64,000 nucleotides of DNA from an uncultured bacterium (GCA_937920495.1 CALEUQ010000003.1:8522-72521); one strand, 5' to 3'; numbered from the stretch's first letter, positions 39,686 to 53,458 are shown. The notes: a model not told the origin generated them from the letters alone. Program-made: numbers and translations.

Positions 39686-40060
39686 TTATGCTTTTGGCCG
39701 CTTAGTGCCATATTTTGATCTGCCTTTTTTACGGTCATTAACGCCTAAAGAATCCAATGTCCCACGTACAATATGGTACCTGACACCTGGCAGGTCCTTT
39801 ACCCTTCCACCTCTTACTAACACAGCAGAGTGTTCCTGCAAATTATGGCCTATACCCGGAATATACGCTGTTACTTCTATTCCATTGGTCAACCTGACAC
39901 GGGCAACCTTGCGTAATGCTGAATTAGGTTTTTTTGGCGTAACAGTCATTACTCGTGTGCATACTCCTCTTTTCTGAGGACAACTTTTCAGTGCAGGGGA
40001 TTTTGATTTCTTAACCTTTTCAGATCTCCCTTTCCTTATTAACTGATTGATTGTAGGCAT
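39686..40060 (-). CDS. rpsL: 30S ribosomal protein S12
   Basis: [12 protein letters not shown]...[34 protein letters not shown]. Confidence 0.97.
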   Translation of the reverse strand: MPTINQLIRKGRSEKVKKSKSPALKSCPQKRGVCTRVMTVTPKKPNSALRKVARVRLTNGIEVTAYIPGIGHNLQEHSAVLVRGGRVKDLPGVRYHIVRGTLDSLGVNDRKKGRSKYGTKRPKA

Positions 40061-40108
40061 CCTGTCTCCTCACTACATTTATTAAATATTATAACATTAT
40101 ATTATACA

Positions 40109-40148
40109 GATTAATCACTTTCAAAATTTTAATTGAAAGTGATTAATC
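40109..40148 (-). terminator. 16-bp perfect inverted repeat downstream of rpoC
   Basis: GATTAATCACTTTCAA-aattttaa-TTGAAAGTGATTAATC. No obvious U-run. Confidence 0.4.
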
Positions 40149-40177
40149 AAATTTAGCTTACAAATTGTCAAGAAATT

Positions 40178-43100
40178 TTACTTCTCTGCAGGAATTTCAT
40201 CCTCTGCTTCCTTGGCAACACCATCAAGATCGCCCTTTACTTTCTGGTATACGCTAACCTTATTGTATTCACGAACACCGGTACCTGCTGGAATCAGATG
40301 ACCAATGATGACATTTTCCTTTAATCCGCGCAATCTATCAATCTTTCCTTTAATCGCTGCTTCAGTTAACACACGTGTTGTTTCCTGGAATGATGCGGCA
40401 GATATAAACGATTCGGTATTGAGAGCTGATTTTGTTATGCCCATTAATACCGGTTTTGCAGATGCTGCTTTACCACCTTCTTTTTCAACTCGCATGTTTT
40501 CATCATCAAATTCAAATTTATCAACTATCTGGTCTACCACAAAGATAGTATCACCGGGATCATCTATTATAACTTTTCTAAGCATCTGTCGCACAATTAT
40601 CTCTATGTGCTTATCATTTATCTGAACACCCTGTAATCTATACACTTCCTGTATCTCATTCACAAGAAACTTTTCAAGTTCGCGTGGCCCTTTAATTTCA
40701 AGGATATCATGCGGATCAATTGGACCATCATCAATTTTATCGCCCTTATTGATCCAGTCGCCGTCCTGGACTCGCAAATACTTGGAGGCAGGAATCTGAT
40801 ATTCTCTTTCCTCCCCATCATCAGCAGTAACAATTATCTTGCGTTTATTCTTCACAGTATCGCCAATTTTAACACGCCCATCAATTTCGGATATGGTTGC
40901 CTTATCCTTTGGAGTCCGAGCTTCAAAAAGTTCTGCAACACGAGGCAAGCCGCCTGTAATATCTTTTGTTTTTTCCACTTCTTTTGGTATTTTTGCCAGA
41001 ACCATACCAGCTTTTACTGCCTGTCCATCATCAACAAACAGGTGAGCACCCTTTGGCAAAAGATAATTAAATGTTTCATCAGCAGATGAAACCTCTATTG
41101 CTGGCTGCAACTTTTCAGTCTTTGCTTCAACAATAATACGCTTGAGTTGATGTGTCTGTGGATCTATCTCCTCCCGCATACTCTTGTTGATTTCAATATC
41201 AATAAATTTAACCTTACCATTTATTTCAGTTAATATTGGCTCAAACCATGGGTCAAATTTCACCAGCACATCAGTTTTTCCTGTCTGTGGGTTTATGTGA
41301 TAAAATTTATCCGTTTTTAAATAAATGACAGAACCTACATTAACAGGTATCATATTAGGCTCACCAAGTATATAGACTCTGGATTTTTCAAGCTTAACCA
41401 CCCCTGATTTTGTTGTGGTTGTAAATGAACCATCAGATTTTTTTATAATCGGAGTTCCGCTATATACTCTGTCACCATCATTTACAAGAAGTTCTCCGCT
41501 TTTTACAGGGATTTCTTCCAGTAAACGTTGTATAACGATATATCCACGACGTACAGATATGGTTTTCTTCTCACCCTGTTCGTCCTCAGTCTTTACTGTT
41601 TTAAAGGTGGTTTCCTTTACATAGACAGGGTAGTTAAAACTGATCTCACTTTCCTCAACAACATGGGAAGCGGTTCCGCCAATGTGGAATGTACGCATTG
41701 TTAACTGTGTCCCTGGCTGGCCTATAGATTGTGCTGCAATAATTCCTACTGCCTCACCGATATCAACCATACGCGCAGTAGCCAGATTCCTGCCATAACA
41801 GCGCGCACACACACCATGTCGCGCTTCACACGTCAGCACCGATCGAATTGTTATCCGGTCAAGTCCCAACTCATCAATCTTTTCTGCAATTTCTTCAGTA
41901 ATTAATTCACCACTTTTGCAAATAACTTCATTGGTAATCGGATGATACAAATCATACAGCAGCGTTCTGCCCAATACTCTTGAGCCAATTGATTCCACCA
42001 CCTCATCACCTTCTTTTAATGCCCCGACATCAATCCCTACCGAGGTGCCGCAATCATCCATTGTTATAACAACATCCTGCGCAATATCAACAAGCCTTCG
42101 CGTTAAATAACCCGCGTCAGCAGTTTTTAACGCGGTATCTGCCAGGCCCTTCCGTGCACCATTAGTTGAGATAAAATATTCCAGTACTGTCAGACCTTCT
42201 TTAAAGTTTGACTTGATGGGTACATCAATAATCTCGCCACTTGGTTTTGCCATAAGGCCACGCATACCTGCAAGCTGCCTAATCTGCTGCTTGCTCCCTC
42301 GCGCTCCGGACTGTGCCATGATATAAATTGGATTAAATCCATCAGCATCCTGTGCCATTGTATTGAACATAACCTCGGTAACATCTTCGTTAGTTTTTGT
42401 CCAGAGGTCTATAACACGATTGTATCGCTCCTCATTGGTTATATAACCGTTACGATATTCATTCTCAATCTTTTCCAGCATTTCATTGGATTTTTTAATT
42501 AACTCATCTTTCAAAGGAGGAACTTTCACATCGCTTGTTGAGATAGTTGGGCCAAAATATGTTGCATATTTATAACCCAACTCCTTGATATCATCCAGTA
42601 CCTTTACTGTTGCAGTTGGGCCAAACTCCCTGAAAATTTTAGAAATAATTTTTGAAAGTTCCTTATCATTGACAGTATAGTTAACAAAAGGATATCCTGC
42701 CGGAAGCTTTTCGTTAAAGATTAATCGGCCCGGGGTTGTTTCTATTAATTCCCCACCCATCAGATATTTAATCTTTGTCCTGTACTTTATTTGCCTGAAT
42801 TCAAGGGCATATAGTACTTCATCAATTGATCCAAAATATGGAAGATGTTCAGTTTGGCTTTTCAATTCAGAAGTCAAATAATATATCCCTAACACAATAT
42901 CCTGTGTTGGAGTTACTATAGGCTGGCCATTGGCAGGGTTAAGAAGATTGTTTGCCGAAAGCATTAATGTCCAGCATTCTATCTGCGCCCGTGGTGATAG
43001 TGGCACGTGAACAGCCATCTGATCACCATCAAAGTCTGCATTGTAAGCATGGCATACCAATGGATGTAGCTTGATAGCCTTCCCTTCTACAAGTACTGGT

Positions 43101-44383
43101 TCAAATGCCTGAATTCCCAACCGGTGCAATGTAGGAGCACGGTTGAGCAGCACCGGATGCTCGGCAATAACTTCTTCAAGAACTTCCCAAACTTCAGGCC
43201 TTTCATTTTCCACCATCTTTTTAGCTGATTTAATATTCTGTACAAAACCTTTGTCCACCAGTCGCTTCATGATAAATGGCTTGAACAATTCCACAGCCAT
43301 CTTCTTTGGCAATCCACATTGATGTAGCTTTAGATCAGGGCCAATAACAATAACTGAACGACCTGAATAATCAACACGCTTCCCTAAAAGGTTCTGTCTA
43401 AAACGCCCCTGTTTGCCTTTTAACATATCACTAAGCGACTTCAAAGGCCTGTTTGCCTTGCCTTTCACAGCACGCTTTCGTTTGCTGTTATCAAACAGTG
43501 CATCTACCGCTTCCTGGAGCATGCGTTTTTCATTTCTCACTATAATATCAGGTGCTCTCAGTAGCAGTAATCGTTTTAACCGGTTATTTCGGTTAATGAC
43601 ACGCCGGTAAAGGTCATTAAGGTCAGACGTTGCAAACCTTCCGCCATCCAGCTGAACCATTGGCCTGAGCTCCGGTGGGATAACCGGTACAACATCAAGT
43701 ATCATCCACTCAGGGCGATTACCTGAATCCCTGAACGCTTCAATCAATTCAAGACGTTTAATATCTTTTTTGTCTACTTTCTGTTTATCCTGTCCTGCGA
43801 TTTTGCCTCGTAATTCACGAGCCTCACCGTCAAGGTCAATCCTTCTTAGCATCTCCTTGATTGCAGCTGCACCCATATCTGCAACAAATTCATCGCCATA
43901 AGTTTCATAATAGTGGTTAAAAGTGTCTTCATCTATTACATCGCCATATTTCAAATCAGATTCCAATGGATTAATAACAACATATTTTTCATAATACAGG
44001 ATAGATTTTAACTCATTTACTGTTAAATTAAGCAATAATCCGATTCGTGATGGTACTGAGCGATAATACCATATATGCGCCACCGGGCAAGCTAATTCTA
44101 TATGACCGCCACGCTCACGCCTGACCTTATAATGTGTGACCTCTACACCACAACGGTCGCATACTACCCCTTTATATCTTATAGACTTAAATTTGCCGCA
44201 ATAGCATTCCCATTCTTTTGTTGTCCCAAATATTCTTTCGCAAAAAAGACCGTCCCTTTCAGGTTTTAAGGTACGATAGTTAATTGTTTCAGGTTTTTTC
44301 ACTTCACCATATGACCATTCACGAATCATATCAGGGGAAGCTAATTTTATTTGAATAGAATTGAAATCATTAAAATCTCTCAT
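40178..44383 (-). CDS. rpoC: DNA-directed RNA polymerase beta' subunit
   Basis: 1401 aa. [23 protein letters not shown] zinc motif and [12 protein letters not shown] catalytic motif. Confidence 0.97.
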   Translation of the reverse strand: MRDFNDFNSIQIKLASPDMIREWSYGEVKKPETINYRTLKPERDGLFCERIFGTTKEWECYCGKFKSIRYKGVVCDRCGVEVTHYKVRRERGGHIELACPVAHIWYYRSVPSRIGLLLNLTVNELKSILYYEKYVVINPLESDLKYGDVIDEDTFNHYYETYGDEFVADMGAAAIKEMLRRIDLDGEARELRGKIAGQDKQKVDKKDIKRLELIEAFRDSGNRPEWMILDVVPVIPPELRPMVQLDGGRFATSDLNDLYRRVINRNNRLKRLLLLRAPDIIVRNEKRMLQEAVDALFDNSKRKRAVKGKANRPLKSLSDMLKGKQGRFRQNLLGKRVDYSGRSVIVIGPDLKLHQCGLPKKMAVELFKPFIMKRLVDKGFVQNIKSAKKMVENERPEVWEVLEEVIAEHPVLLNRAPTLHRLGIQAFEPVLVEGKAIKLHPLVCHAYNADFDGDQMAVHVPLSPRAQIECWTLMLSANNLLNPANGQPIVTPTQDIVLGIYYLTSELKSQTEHLPYFGSIDEVLYALEFRQIKYRTKIKYLMGGELIETTPGRLIFNEKLPAGYPFVNYTVNDKELSKIISKIFREFGPTATVKVLDDIKELGYKYATYFGPTISTSDVKVPPLKDELIKKSNEMLEKIENEYRNGYITNEERYNRVIDLWTKTNEDVTEVMFNTMAQDADGFNPIYIMAQSGARGSKQQIRQLAGMRGLMAKPSGEIIDVPIKSNFKEGLTVLEYFISTNGARKGLADTALKTADAGYLTRRLVDIAQDVVITMDDCGTSVGIDVGALKEGDEVVESIGSRVLGRTLLYDLYHPITNEVICKSGELITEEIAEKIDELGLDRITIRSVLTCEARHGVCARCYGRNLATARMVDIGEAVGIIAAQSIGQPGTQLTMRTFHIGGTASHVVEESEISFNYPVYVKETTFKTVKTEDEQGEKKTISVRRGYIVIQRLLEEIPVKSGELLVNDGDRVYSGTPIIKKSDGSFTTTTKSGVVKLEKSRVYILGEPNMIPVNVGSVIYLKTDKFYHINPQTGKTDVLVKFDPWFEPILTEINGKVKFIDIEINKSMREEIDPQTHQLKRIIVEAKTEKLQPAIEVSSADETFNYLLPKGAHLFVDDGQAVKAGMVLAKIPKEVEKTKDITGGLPRVAELFEARTPKDKATISEIDGRVKIGDTVKNKRKIIVTADDGEEREYQIPASKYLRVQDGDWINKGDKIDDGPIDPHDILEIKGPRELEKFLVNEIQEVYRLQGVQINDKHIEIIVRQMLRKVIIDDPGDTIFVVDQIVDKFEFDDENMRVEKEGGKAASAKPVLMGITKSALNTESFISAASFQETTRVLTEAAIKGKIDRLRGLKENVIIGHLIPAGTGVREYNKVSVYQKVKGDLDGVAKEAEDEIPAEK

Positions 44384-44429
44384 CGTATTACCTTCTTGCC
44401 TTCATTAAATTTTCTTAAAATTTTAAAGC

Positions 44430-47400
44430 TTATTCATTTTCAAGCGTTTCAAGCTTGATTTTTCTTTTTGGCTTACTTAAGCCTTCGCTCCATTCAGAGA
44501 GATTTATCTCATTGCCATTTTCATCATAAATTCTTACATCCAGAGCAAGGCCCCGCAGTTCCTGAACCAATACATTGAAGGATTCCGGAATTCCAGGTGA
44601 GGTGGTGTTAATACCTTTAACTATCGCCTCATAAATCCTTGCACGCCCTAACATATCATCAGATTTCACTGTGAGAAGCTCCTGCAACGTGTATGCAGCA
44701 CCATACGCTTCAAGTGCCCATACTTCCATTTCACCCAATCGCTGCCCGCCAAACTGTGCCTTGCCACCCAATGGCTGCTGTGTTACAAGTGAATATGGCC
44801 CTGTTGAACGTGCGTGAATCTTATCATCAACCATGTGGGCTAACTTAAGCATATAGATGTACCCAACCATAACCTCACTTTCAAAAGGCTCACCCGTCTG
44901 GCCATTGTATAGCTGAATCTTTGATGTTTCCGGCAGTCCTGCTTTTTTCAATAGCTCGCGTATTTCCTGCTCCTGGGGGCTATCAAAGATGGGACATTCT
45001 GCTATAAATCCCAATTCCTTTGCTGCCCAGCCAAGTTCAGTTTCCAGAAGCTGTCCTAAATTCATTCGTGATGGTACTGATAGCGGATTTAACACAATGT
45101 CAACCGGTGTCCCGTCAGGCAAATACGGCATATCATACACAGGGACTATCTTTGATATTACACCTTTGTTACCATGTCGTCCTGCCATCTTGTCGCCAAC
45201 TGATATCTTCCTTTTTGAGGCAATATACACCTTAACAAGCTCTTCCACGCCTGCAGATAACTCATCACCGTTTTCGCGCGAGAAACGCTTCACATCTATG
45301 ACTATCCCTTCAATGCCATTTGGCACCCTCAGAGAAGTATCGCGCACTTCACGAGCTTTTTCACCAAATATGGAATGCAGCAGCTTATATTCCGGTGTAA
45401 GGTCCTGCTCGCCTTTAGGAGTAACTTTGCCAACAAGTATATCACCAGGGGCTACATACGCACCCACCCGTACTATACCATTTTCATCAAGGTCCCTGAA
45501 CGCTTTCTCGCTCAAGTTAGGGATATCGCGTGTAATGACCTCTCTTCCAAGTTTGGTTTCTCTGGCTTCTATCTCAAACTGCTCAATATGTAATGATGTA
45601 TATACATCATCATACACCAGACGTTCAGAAAGCAGTATTGCATCCTCAAAGTTATACCCCATCCATGGCATAAATGCTACCAGGATATTTTTTCCCAAAG
45701 CCAGTTTTCCATTATCCGTGGCAGGTCCATCAGCAAGGATGTCACCTGCCTTTACTTTCTGGCCTTTACGTACAATCGGTTTCTGGTTGAAGCATGTACC
45801 CTGATTGGTTCGTTTAAATTTTTGCAGCGTATATTCATCTATCTCGCCATTGGAAGTCTTTACCTTGATAACTTTTGCATCTGCATAGATTACTTCCCCG
45901 GCACGTTTTGCCTTAACCACAACACCTGAATCCATGGCAGCAGGGCCCTCCATACCTGTTCCTACAAGCGGAACTTCTTCCGTTAGCAGTGGCACAGCCT
46001 GTCGCTGCATATTTGAACCCATGAGTGCACGGTTAGCATCATCATGTTCAAGGAATGGGATGAGGCACGTTGATACTGAAAATACCTGATCCGGCGATAC
46101 GTCCATATACTGGATTTCCTCAGGGCGTTTATAAGGAAAATCACCTCGGTGACGGCAAGGAATAAGGTTGTCAACAAACTTGCCGTGTTCATCTATTGTG
46201 GCATTGGCCTGGGCTATAAAATATTTGTCCTCTTCATCAGCAGTAAGATACACCACCTTGTCAGTAACTCTCCCATTTTCAACAACCTTATAGGGGGTTT
46301 CCAGAAAACCATAATCATTAATTCGTGCATATGTACTCATTGATATGATCAAACCAATATTGGGGCCTTCAGGAGTTTCTATAGGACACATTCTGCCATA
46401 GTGTGATGGGTGGACATCGCGCACTTCAAAACCAGCACGCTCGCGTGTTAAACCACCAGGTCCAAGAGCGTTAAGACGCCGCTTGTGAGTTAGTTCCGCC
46501 AATGGATTTGTCTGGTCCATAAACTGTGACAGCTGGCTGGAACCAAAAAACTCATTAATCACTGCTGTAATTGGTTTAATACTTATAAGAGCCTGTGGTG
46601 TTACCACATCAACATCCTGTATGGTCATGCGCTCCTTAATAACACGCTCCATACGCTGGAATCCAATTTTTATCTGATTCTGGATGAGCTCACCAACAGG
46701 GCGAATTCTTCTGTTCCCTAAATGGTCGATATCATCAACGATATACCCATCTACTTCGGCAATAAGATTTATTAAATATTTAAGTGTATGTACTATATCT
46801 TCTTTTCTGAGGTAATCTTCCTTTACCTCTTTCATGTCAAAGCCAAATTTTTTATTTATCTTATAGCGTCCTACACCACCCAAACTGTATGTTCTGGGGT
46901 CAAAGAATAATCTATTAAATATCTCACGTGCATTGTCAATATTGGTTGGCTCACCAGGTCGCAGCATCTGATGCAATTTCAATAATGCTTCTTCAGAGCT
47001 CTTGCAATCATCTTTCTCCAATGATGTAATAAGATATGCATCATCTTTATTCTTTGGGAATTCTATAACTTCTACAGATTGTATCTTCTCATCTCGTAGT
47101 ATATCAACATAGTCAATAGTTATTCGTTCACCAGCTTCTAACAATACTTCTCCTGTTTCAGGATTAATGACATCAGAAGCAACACGCTTATTTTTCAGGG
47201 ATTCATAATCTTTTTCCTCAGCAAGAGTTACCTTTTTTGTATTATAAAAAAGCTTAATTATCTCTTCATTTGTGTTGTATCCCAATGCTTTAAGTATGAT
47301 AGTTGCAGGGAATTTTTTCTTCCTATCGATACGAGCAACTATCAGCCCCTTGGCATCCATTTCAAATTCCAGCCACGAACCCCTGTCAGGAATTACCCGT

Positions 47401-47879
47401 GCGCTGTACATCCTTTCCGCTTCATCCCAGAAAAAGAAAATTCCCGGCGACCTGTGCAATTGATTTACAACAACTCGTTCTGCGCCATTTATAATGAAAG
47501 TTCCACTCTCCGTCATTAATGGGATATCGCCCATATACACCGACTGTTCCCTAACTTCCATAGTATCCTTTTTTATGAGCCTTATCGTTGCTTTGAGTGG
47601 AGCTGCGTAAGTAACATCTCTTTCCTTGCATTCCTGGACATTATATTTTGGTTCGCCTAATTCATACTCTACAAATTCCAGTTCTATATCATCATTGGGG
47701 CTTACAATGGGAAATGTTTCAAGAAATACAGCTTGAAGGCCTTGATTTTTCCTTTTGGAAGGTGCTACATCTTTCTGTAAAAACCACTTGAATGATTCAG
47801 TTTGATTTTCGATCAAATTTGGCAATTCAATGCCGGGTTTAATTTTGCCAAAACGGATTACTTTCTGTTGTTTTTGCAT
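44430..47879 (-). CDS. rpoB: DNA-directed RNA polymerase beta subunit
   Basis: 1149 aa. ...[34 protein letters not shown]... (rifampicin-cluster region) and ...[20 protein letters not shown]. Confidence 0.97.
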   Translation of the reverse strand: MQKQQKVIRFGKIKPGIELPNLIENQTESFKWFLQKDVAPSKRKNQGLQAVFLETFPIVSPNDDIELEFVEYELGEPKYNVQECKERDVTYAAPLKATIRLIKKDTMEVREQSVYMGDIPLMTESGTFIINGAERVVVNQLHRSPGIFFFWDEAERMYSARVIPDRGSWLEFEMDAKGLIVARIDRKKKFPATIILKALGYNTNEEIIKLFYNTKKVTLAEEKDYESLKNKRVASDVINPETGEVLLEAGERITIDYVDILRDEKIQSVEVIEFPKNKDDAYLITSLEKDDCKSSEEALLKLHQMLRPGEPTNIDNAREIFNRLFFDPRTYSLGGVGRYKINKKFGFDMKEVKEDYLRKEDIVHTLKYLINLIAEVDGYIVDDIDHLGNRRIRPVGELIQNQIKIGFQRMERVIKERMTIQDVDVVTPQALISIKPITAVINEFFGSSQLSQFMDQTNPLAELTHKRRLNALGPGGLTRERAGFEVRDVHPSHYGRMCPIETPEGPNIGLIISMSTYARINDYGFLETPYKVVENGRVTDKVVYLTADEEDKYFIAQANATIDEHGKFVDNLIPCRHRGDFPYKRPEEIQYMDVSPDQVFSVSTCLIPFLEHDDANRALMGSNMQRQAVPLLTEEVPLVGTGMEGPAAMDSGVVVKAKRAGEVIYADAKVIKVKTSNGEIDEYTLQKFKRTNQGTCFNQKPIVRKGQKVKAGDILADGPATDNGKLALGKNILVAFMPWMGYNFEDAILLSERLVYDDVYTSLHIEQFEIEARETKLGREVITRDIPNLSEKAFRDLDENGIVRVGAYVAPGDILVGKVTPKGEQDLTPEYKLLHSIFGEKAREVRDTSLRVPNGIEGIVIDVKRFSRENGDELSAGVEELVKVYIASKRKISVGDKMAGRHGNKGVISKIVPVYDMPYLPDGTPVDIVLNPLSVPSRMNLGQLLETELGWAAKELGFIAECPIFDSPQEQEIRELLKKAGLPETSKIQLYNGQTGEPFESEVMVGYIYMLKLAHMVDDKIHARSTGPYSLVTQQPLGGKAQFGGQRLGEMEVWALEAYGAAYTLQELLTVKSDDMLGRARIYEAIVKGINTTSPGIPESFNVLVQELRGLALDVRIYDENGNEINLSEWSEGLSKPKRKIKLETLENE

Positions 47880-48055
47880 AGTTTACACCTAAAATAAGAT
47901 TTATTAACAATAAGCCAAAATATGTAGAAAATCGGAAAATCGATTAATAATTATTGTAAAAATGTATTTCTTGTGTAGTGTTTTGTTCATACAGTTTGGG
48001 GCATTATTATTTAAAAGTAATAAAAATATCACTAATTTTTGCAACTTTCAACAAG

Positions 48056-48088
48056 AGTAGGTTTGATCGCATGGCAACCAAACCTACT
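48056..48088 (-). terminator. hairpin in the rplL-rpoB spacer (candidate attenuator)
   Basis: AGTAGGTTTG, a 13-nt loop, then CAAACCTACT. It sits where a partial terminator is known in E. coli rplL-rpoB. Confidence 0.35.
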
Positions 48089-48146
48089 ACTGTTTTCAAT
48101 ATACAGTATTACAAGAATCTTTTCAAGATATTTTACGTTTAAAACG

Positions 48147-48533
48147 TTACTTAATCTCGACAGTGGCTCCAGCCGCTTCAAGCTGTTTTTTAATCTTTTC
48201 GGCTTCTTCCTTAGAAACCTTTTCCTTTACTGGTTTTCCACCAGCTTCTACCAGGTCTTTAGCTTCTTTCAGACCTAAACCGGTAATAGCCCTCACTTCT
48301 TTGATAACATTAATTTTGTTATCACCAAACCCTGCGAGGATGACATCAAATTCTGTCTTTTCCTCAACCTCTGCAGCTGCTGCACCTGCTGCCGGTGCTG
48401 CTGCTACTGCAACCGGGGCTGCTGCTGAAATGCCAAACTTTTCTTCCATAGCTTTTACAAGTTCAGCTGCTTCAACAAGCGTTAAACTACCAATTGCTTC
48501 CAGCAATTCCTGTACTGATAACTTTGCCATCAT
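48147..48533 (-). CDS. rplL: 50S ribosomal protein L7/L12
   Basis: ...Ala-rich hinge...[24 protein letters not shown]... Confidence 0.95.
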   Translation of the reverse strand: MMAKLSVQELLEAIGSLTLVEAAELVKAMEEKFGISAAAPVAVAAAPAAGAAAAEVEEKTEFDVILAGFGDNKINVIKEVRAITGLGLKEAKDLVEAGGKPVKEKVSKEEAEKIKKQLEAAGATVEIK

Positions 48534-48683
48534 GTTACTCCTTATACTTAGTGAATCTTGAAGTTAATACGAACTTTAGTCGTAAAAACTTATAAGGGTA
48601 ACCAATACTAACAAGCTGTTTATCACACCTTTACACAGTATCATTTACCCTTGTATTTATGATTGCTATATTAAATTAATTAT

Positions 48684-49199
48684 TTATGCGTTTTTCTCTG
48701 CAACCAGTTTAATACCACGTGCCAGTGAAGCCATAATCTGATTGATGGCTATGGCCGTACCTGATGCAGGGCCATTTAGTAGTGACATTACCTGCGCCAG
48801 TAACACTTCTTTTGAAGGCAGATCCGCAATTCGCTGTACATCTTTTGGTGAATATACAACGTTGTCCATTATAGCTACACTATACTGGAACTTATCCTGC
48901 TCTTTCTGAAAGTCTTTTAAAACCTTAGCAACTTCACTCACTTCTTTTTCTACAAAGACAACGCCGATTGGCCCCACAAGATACTGATCTATCTCAGGAT
49001 AACCACAATCTTTAAGCGCTCTCCTGAATAATGTGTTTTTGACAACCTTATACTCTGCTCCCTTATCGCGCAAAATCTTTCGAAGCTGATACAGGTCCTT
49101 AACTTTTATACCTGAATAATTAGTTAATATAACATTCTTTTTGGAAGCTAATTTTTCCTTTAGCTCATTAACAAAATCTACCTTATATTGCTTAACCAT
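48684..49199 (-). CDS. rplJ: 50S ribosomal protein L10
   Basis: 171 aa. Its ATG overlaps the rplA stop (TAATG). Position and sequence fit L10. Confidence 0.9.
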   Translation of the reverse strand: MVKQYKVDFVNELKEKLASKKNVILTNYSGIKVKDLYQLRKILRDKGAEYKVVKNTLFRRALKDCGYPEIDQYLVGPIGVVFVEKEVSEVAKVLKDFQKEQDKFQYSVAIMDNVVYSPKDVQRIADLPSKEVLLAQVMSLLNGPASGTAIAINQIMASLARGIKLVAEKNA

Positions 49200-49894
49200 T
49201 ACCGTTCTATCCCCTTATAATTAATTTTAATTCCCGGCCCCATTGTAGAGCACACATGAAAAGAACGAATATAGTTTCCTTTTGCATCAGAAGGCTTATC
49301 TTTAACAACCTGACTATAAAACGCTTTTATATTTTCAGCTAATTTCTGCGGCTCAAAAGATAGTTTGCCAACTCCTAAATGGATAACCCCTGTCTTATCG
49401 GCTTTATATTCTACTCTCCCGCCTTTTAATTCCTTAACAGCAGTCTTCACATCATCAGTCACAGTACCTGATTTTGGTTTTGGCATTAACCCCCTTTTAC
49501 CCAGTATAGGCCCCAACTTACCAACTTCTTTCATCATATCGGGAGTAGCAATGACAGCCTGAAAATCAAGCCATCCATTTTTAATCTTTTCGATCGCATC
49601 TTCGGCTCCAACAAAGTCAGCCCCTGCTTCCAGAGCTTCCTTTTGCTTATCCCCCTTGCATATAACAAGCACCTTGATGTCTTTACCAGTACCATGGGGC
49701 AATACTACCGAACCACGTACATTTTGATAGCTTTTATGAATGACTTTCACCGACACTTCAACAGTCTCATCAAATTTTGCAAAAGCCAACTCTTTCATTA
49801 TTGTCAGGGCTTCTTCAAGCGGATAGAGTTTGCTTTTATCTATTTTTGCTCGTGCGTCTGTTATTCTTTTTCCTCTCTTCATATACAACCCCAA
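49199..49894 (-). CDS. rplA: 50S ribosomal protein L1
   Basis: ...[11 protein letters not shown]...[30 protein letters not shown]. The start may be the ATG at 49882 (MKRGKRI...). Confidence 0.95.
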   Translation of the reverse strand: MGLYMKRGKRITDARAKIDKSKLYPLEEALTIMKELAFAKFDETVEVSVKVIHKSYQNVRGSVVLPHGTGKDIKVLVICKGDKQKEALEAGADFVGAEDAIEKIKNGWLDFQAVIATPDMMKEVGKLGPILGKRGLMPKPKSGTVTDDVKTAVKELKGGRVEYKADKTGVIHLGVGKLSFEPQKLAENIKAFYSQVVKDKPSDAKGNYIRSFHVCSTMGPGIKINYKGIER

Positions 49895-49923
49895 AAAATC
49901 CTAAATTTCAAAATGAAAAAAAA

Positions 49924-50367
49924 TCAGTCAACTACCTCTACTCCCATTGAGCGAGCTGTCCCTGCAATGATTTTCTTTGCAGCTTCAACATCATGCGCAT
50001 TGAGATCGGGCATTTTTAATTTTGCTATCTCTTCAAGCTGAGCCTGTGTAATTTTGCCAACTTTCTTTTTGTTGGGCTCACTGGAGCCTTTTTCAAGCTT
50101 TAAAGCCTTTTTAATGAGAACAGCAGCAGGAGGAGTTTTAATGATAAAGGTATACGTCCTGTCTTCATATACTGTTATAATAACAGGCAATATTGTTCCC
50201 TGCTGGTCCTTTGTTCTTTCATTGAACGCTTTACAAAATTCCATTATATTAAGCCCATGCTGACCTAATGCGGGCCCAACGGGTGGCGCAGGATTTGCCT
50301 GTCCGCCGGGTATTTGCAACTTAATCTGAGTTACTATTTTTTTCTTTTTTGGAGCCATCGTATTCAA
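49924..50367 (-). CDS. rplK: 50S ribosomal protein L11
   Basis: [46 protein letters not shown]. The start may be at 50358. Confidence 0.95.
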   Translation of the reverse strand: MNTMAPKKKKIVTQIKLQIPGGQANPAPPVGPALGQHGLNIMEFCKAFNERTKDQQGTILPVIITVYEDRTYTFIIKTPPAAVLIKKALKLEKGSSEPNKKKVGKITQAQLEEIAKLKMPDLNAHDVEAAKKIIAGTARSMGVEVVD

Positions 50368-50390
50368 CCCTATAAAACAATATTTAAAAT

Positions 50391-50933
50391 TTAAATTTTA
50401 CCAACCTGAACAAAATCTAATTCAACAGGAGTACCCCTGCCAAATATCTCAACTTTAACTCGCAAACGACCTTTATCAGGATACACCTCTTCAATAACAC
50501 CGGTAAATTCTTTAAACGGACCGTCGATAACCTTCACATGCTCGCCAACTGAAAAATCCATAACCATAGAAACCTTGTCTTTGGTTGTTACCTCACCCAT
50601 TTTATTGAAAAGGCTATCCACTTCCTTTTCAGAAAGCGGCCTTGGTTTTTCAGTGCCAAATGAACCAACAAAATTAGTGACACCGGGAATACTTTTTATT
50701 GCCATCCATGTTTCATCATCCAGAACCATTTCAACAAGCACATATCCCGGGAATATCTTTTTAGGTTTTACAACCTTCTTACCATCCTTTACTGAATGCT
50801 CTTCAACAGTTGGAATCTTAACCTGAAATATCTTATCCCCTAAGTTAAGATTCTGAACCTTTTTTTCCAGCGCCAGCTTGACTTTATTCTCATGGCCGGA
50901 ATATGTATGTATTACATACCATCCTTTTGTCAT
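50391..50933 (-). CDS. nusG: transcription termination/antitermination factor NusG
   Basis: [18 protein letters not shown]... and a KOW region [22 protein letters not shown] trimmed the track ORF (to 50987) to the ATG at 50933, adjacent to the secE stop. Confidence 0.95.
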   Translation of the reverse strand: MTKGWYVIHTYSGHENKVKLALEKKVQNLNLGDKIFQVKIPTVEEHSVKDGKKVVKPKKIFPGYVLVEMVLDDETWMAIKSIPGVTNFVGSFGTEKPRPLSEKEVDSLFNKMGEVTTKDKVSMVMDFSVGEHVKVIDGPFKEFTGVIEEVYPDKGRLRVKVEIFGRGTPVELDFVQVGKI

Positions 50934-50935
50934 AG

Positions 50936-51121
50936 CTATTGCATCACCAGAGATACTATTTTCATCAACGCAGCGTCTACAAGCCACAAAAACAATGCAG
51001 TGATAATAACCGTTATAACAACAACCATGGTCAATGCACTCACCTCATCACGTTCAGGCCAGGAAACTTTTTTAAGTTCATCTCTGGATTCCTTAACAAA
51101 TTGTACTGTTTTATTAAACAC
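50936..51121 (-). CDS. secE: preprotein translocase subunit SecE
   Basis: FVKESRDELKKVSWPERDEV followed by a single TM helix. 61 aa. Confidence 0.9.
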   Translation of the reverse strand: MFNKTVQFVKESRDELKKVSWPERDEVSALTMVVVITVIITALFLWLVDAALMKIVSLVMQ

Positions 51122-51131
51122 GTGACATACC

Positions 51132-51284
51132 TTATGCTTTAGTTTCTTTATGCAATGTATGCTTATTGCAATGCTTGCAGTATTTCATCATTTCAAGCTT
51201 ACCGGTCTGCTTTTTCTTGTCCTTTTTAGTTGCATAATTGCGATTTTTACAGTCTTTACATGATAATAGTATTACTTCACGCAT
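51132..51284 (-). CDS. rpmG: 50S ribosomal protein L33 (zinc-ribbon form), 50 aa
   Basis: Not in the track. My translation: [50 protein letters not shown]. Confidence 0.9.
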   Translation of the reverse strand: MREVILLSCKDCKNRNYATKKDKKKQTGKLEMMKYCKHCNKHTLHKETKA

Positions 51285-51461
51285 AATAATATCCTAATTA
51301 TTAATAATAGTTTGTGTTAGTGTATTGAATTTTTAACAGTTTTTTAGCGTTTGTATGCAATTTTATAGATACGAAAGCACGCTATAAATATAGCACACCA
51401 CGTCAAGTAATTAATTACCTGAATCAAAAAAAAATAAAAATTTTTTACAAAATAAATAATG

Positions 51462-51534
51462 AGCCCACGACCAGAATCGAACTGGTGACCTTTTGCTTAC
51501 CATGCAAATGCTCTGCCGACTGAGCTACGTGGGC
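51462..51534 (-). tRNA. tRNA-Thr (anticodon GGU)
   Basis: Hand-folded cloverleaf: GCCCACG TA GCTC AGTCGGCA GAGC A TTTGC AT-GGT-AA GCAAA AGGTC ACCAG TTCGATT CTGGT CGTGGGC T. CCA is not encoded. Confidence 0.85.
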
Positions 51535-51796
51535 CTATCTAAAGTATACAATATATACAGTTTTAATAAAATATTCCTAAAAAAAGGCATTATTTGTCAA
51601 GAATTTTTGTAATTAATTCAGGTGTAACTTGAGCACATTTAAGAATGAGATGTAATACAAAATAAAAGAAATGTAGCCTGATAAGGAGCACATTCAGTAA
51701 TGTGATTGTATCACCACTACAACACGTAAGGATGCTCTTATGAGGCAATTTACACATTATGAGTTATTTTATCAGCAACTACATTTGGTACAGACT

Positions 51797-52531
51797 CTAT
51801 GTTACATTTTTCTGTAAAAACTGCAGTAATTTTTCAGCTATCAGCATGCCCTGATCAATAAACTCCGGTCCGTAATGCATACCTGTTTTGGACCTGAACG
51901 TATGCCGTATAGTATTAATATGTTCCACCCCTTCAGGGAAATGGGCTACTACATCCTCTATTGAAATATTCATCGTGGCAATCATGTCCCATATTGTGTA
52001 GATGAAGTTATCAGGTCCCCACCTGAACTTATCAGCATCATACAGTGCATTTGACAAAAGCATGATATCGCTGTTATCCACTCTCTGGAATTCCTTAAAT
52101 GCTTCATGATTTTCTATTGCAAAGCTGATAGCATCAATATCGCTTTGTGGTATGAAATGAGATAGATGTTCCTGTACATACTTTGCAGCTTTTGCTGGAT
52201 GATCTTTTTTTTCCCGATAGTAATCATGCAAAAAACCTGCAATCAGCGCCAGTGCTGCCAGGTGTAGTGACTGGCTGGAAATGCCCTTTTCCCTGAGAAC
52301 TATCGCCGCCGATTCAATTGCTACTTTTTCTGCATGATAGTAGCTGTGTCCTAAGGCTGCTCCTTTTTGACGCATGCACCCGGCACAGTAGGCAATAACT
52401 GAAGACACAGTTGAAATTTTTCTGGCAACGGCCAGATACCAGTAACTATCGGCATAAAACTTTGGTGCAGGTAATGTTATAGCAAAGGATTTTACAAACT
52501 GCCTTCCTCTGCTGATTACATCCTGTTGCAT
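51797..52531 (-). CDS. HD-domain (metal-dependent phosphohydrolase superfamily) protein
   Basis: HSYYHAEKVAIES ... ALIAGFLHDYYRE, an H...HD pattern. 244 aa. Confidence 0.5.
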   Translation of the reverse strand: MQQDVISRGRQFVKSFAITLPAPKFYADSYWYLAVARKISTVSSVIAYCAGCMRQKGAALGHSYYHAEKVAIESAAIVLREKGISSQSLHLAALALIAGFLHDYYREKKDHPAKAAKYVQEHLSHFIPQSDIDAISFAIENHEAFKEFQRVDNSDIMLLSNALYDADKFRWGPDNFIYTIWDMIATMNISIEDVVAHFPEGVEHINTIRHTFRSKTGMHYGPEFIDQGMLIAEKLLQFLQKNVT

Positions 52532-52561
52532 GCGTTACCTTTTATTGTAACAATTACACGT

Positions 52562-53458
52562 TTACTTTAAGCAAACGTCTTCCTGTGACACAACTTTATT
52601 GAGCGGGTATTCTATGATGCCGTCAGCTCCGGCATTGATGAGTTCTGGTATAAGGTCGCGCACTACAGATTCCTGAATAACGCTTTCCACTGAAAACCAT
52701 GTAGCATTATACAACTTTGATACCGTTGGAGATGTTAAGCTTGGTATCAGCGTGATGACCTGCGCTAACCTGTCTTCAGGTACATTCATCTTGATACCCA
52801 CAAGGTTATTGGCATTCAATGCGCCCCGCAAGAGCAATGCAATCTGTTTGATTTTTGCACGCTTAGCCGAATCTTGCATGCTCTGTTTGTTGGCAATAAG
52901 CTTGGTATTGGTTTCAAGCAAGGTATAAATGATTTTAAGACCATGTGCTTTTATTGTAGATCCTGTTTCGGTAACCTCAACTATGGCGTCCACCAGGCCT
53001 TCAACTACCTTTGCTTCAGTAGCACCCCATGAAAACTCAACCTTGACTGGAATATTGCGGTCACTGAAATATTTTTTTGTGAAATTAACAAGCTCGGTTG
53101 AGATAGTCTTTCCTGCACAATCCTCTAATGTTGTAATTGGGGAATCATTGGGTACAGCTAAAACCCATTTTGCTTTTTGCGTGCTTACCTTGGAATAAAT
53201 AAGATCAGATATTATCTCCACATCCGATTCATTTTCAAGGATCCAGTCAAGGCCGGTAAGCCCCACATCAAGTACACCGCTTTCCACATATTTTGACATC
53301 TCCTGTGCGCGCACAAGAGAACAGCTTATGTCAGGGTCATCAATGCTTGGGAAATAATTTCTCGATGATACTGATATTGAAAAACCTGCACGCTTAAAAA
53401 GCTCTATGGTTGCACTCTCTAAACTTCCTTTAGGAATTCCTAACTTAATAAGGCTCAT
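52562..53458 (-). CDS. hisG: ATP phosphoribosyltransferase (long form)
   Basis: [23 protein letters not shown]...[10 protein letters not shown]...[13 protein letters not shown]. 298 aa, with a C-terminal regulatory domain. Confidence 0.9.
   Translation of the reverse strand: MSLIKLGIPKGSLESATIELFKRAGFSISVSSRNYFPSIDDPDISCSLVRAQEMSKYVESGVLDVGLTGLDWILENESDVEIISDLIYSKVSTQKAKWVLAVPNDSPITTLEDCAGKTISTELVNFTKKYFSDRNIPVKVEFSWGATEAKVVEGLVDAIVEVTETGSTIKAHGLKIIYTLLETNTKLIANKQSMQDSAKRAKIKQIALLLRGALNANNLVGIKMNVPEDRLAQVITLIPSLTSPTVSKLYNATWFSVESVIQESVVRDLIPELINAGADGIIEYPLNKVVSQEDVCLK

Noticed and set aside
44989-45804. 271-aa ORF antisense to rpoB. Similar long antisense ORFs occur in tuf (35775-36320), fusA (37569-37928), rpoC and secY.
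   Set aside because: They lie entirely inside highly conserved genes on the opposite strand. They have low-complexity Ser/Pro/Thr-rich translations, no RBS and no recognisable family, which is typical of shadow ORFs.
51568-51600. TTGACA boxes upstream of tRNA-Thr (51595-51600 rc), tRNA-Val (about 62472-62477 rc), the M23 gene (about 12200 rc) and ileS (54147-54152), considered as promoters.
   Set aside because: The best -10-like hexamers lie 20-21 nt away instead of 17 +/- 1. I cannot define the promoters confidently without TSS data, so only the 9263-9291 candidate is listed.
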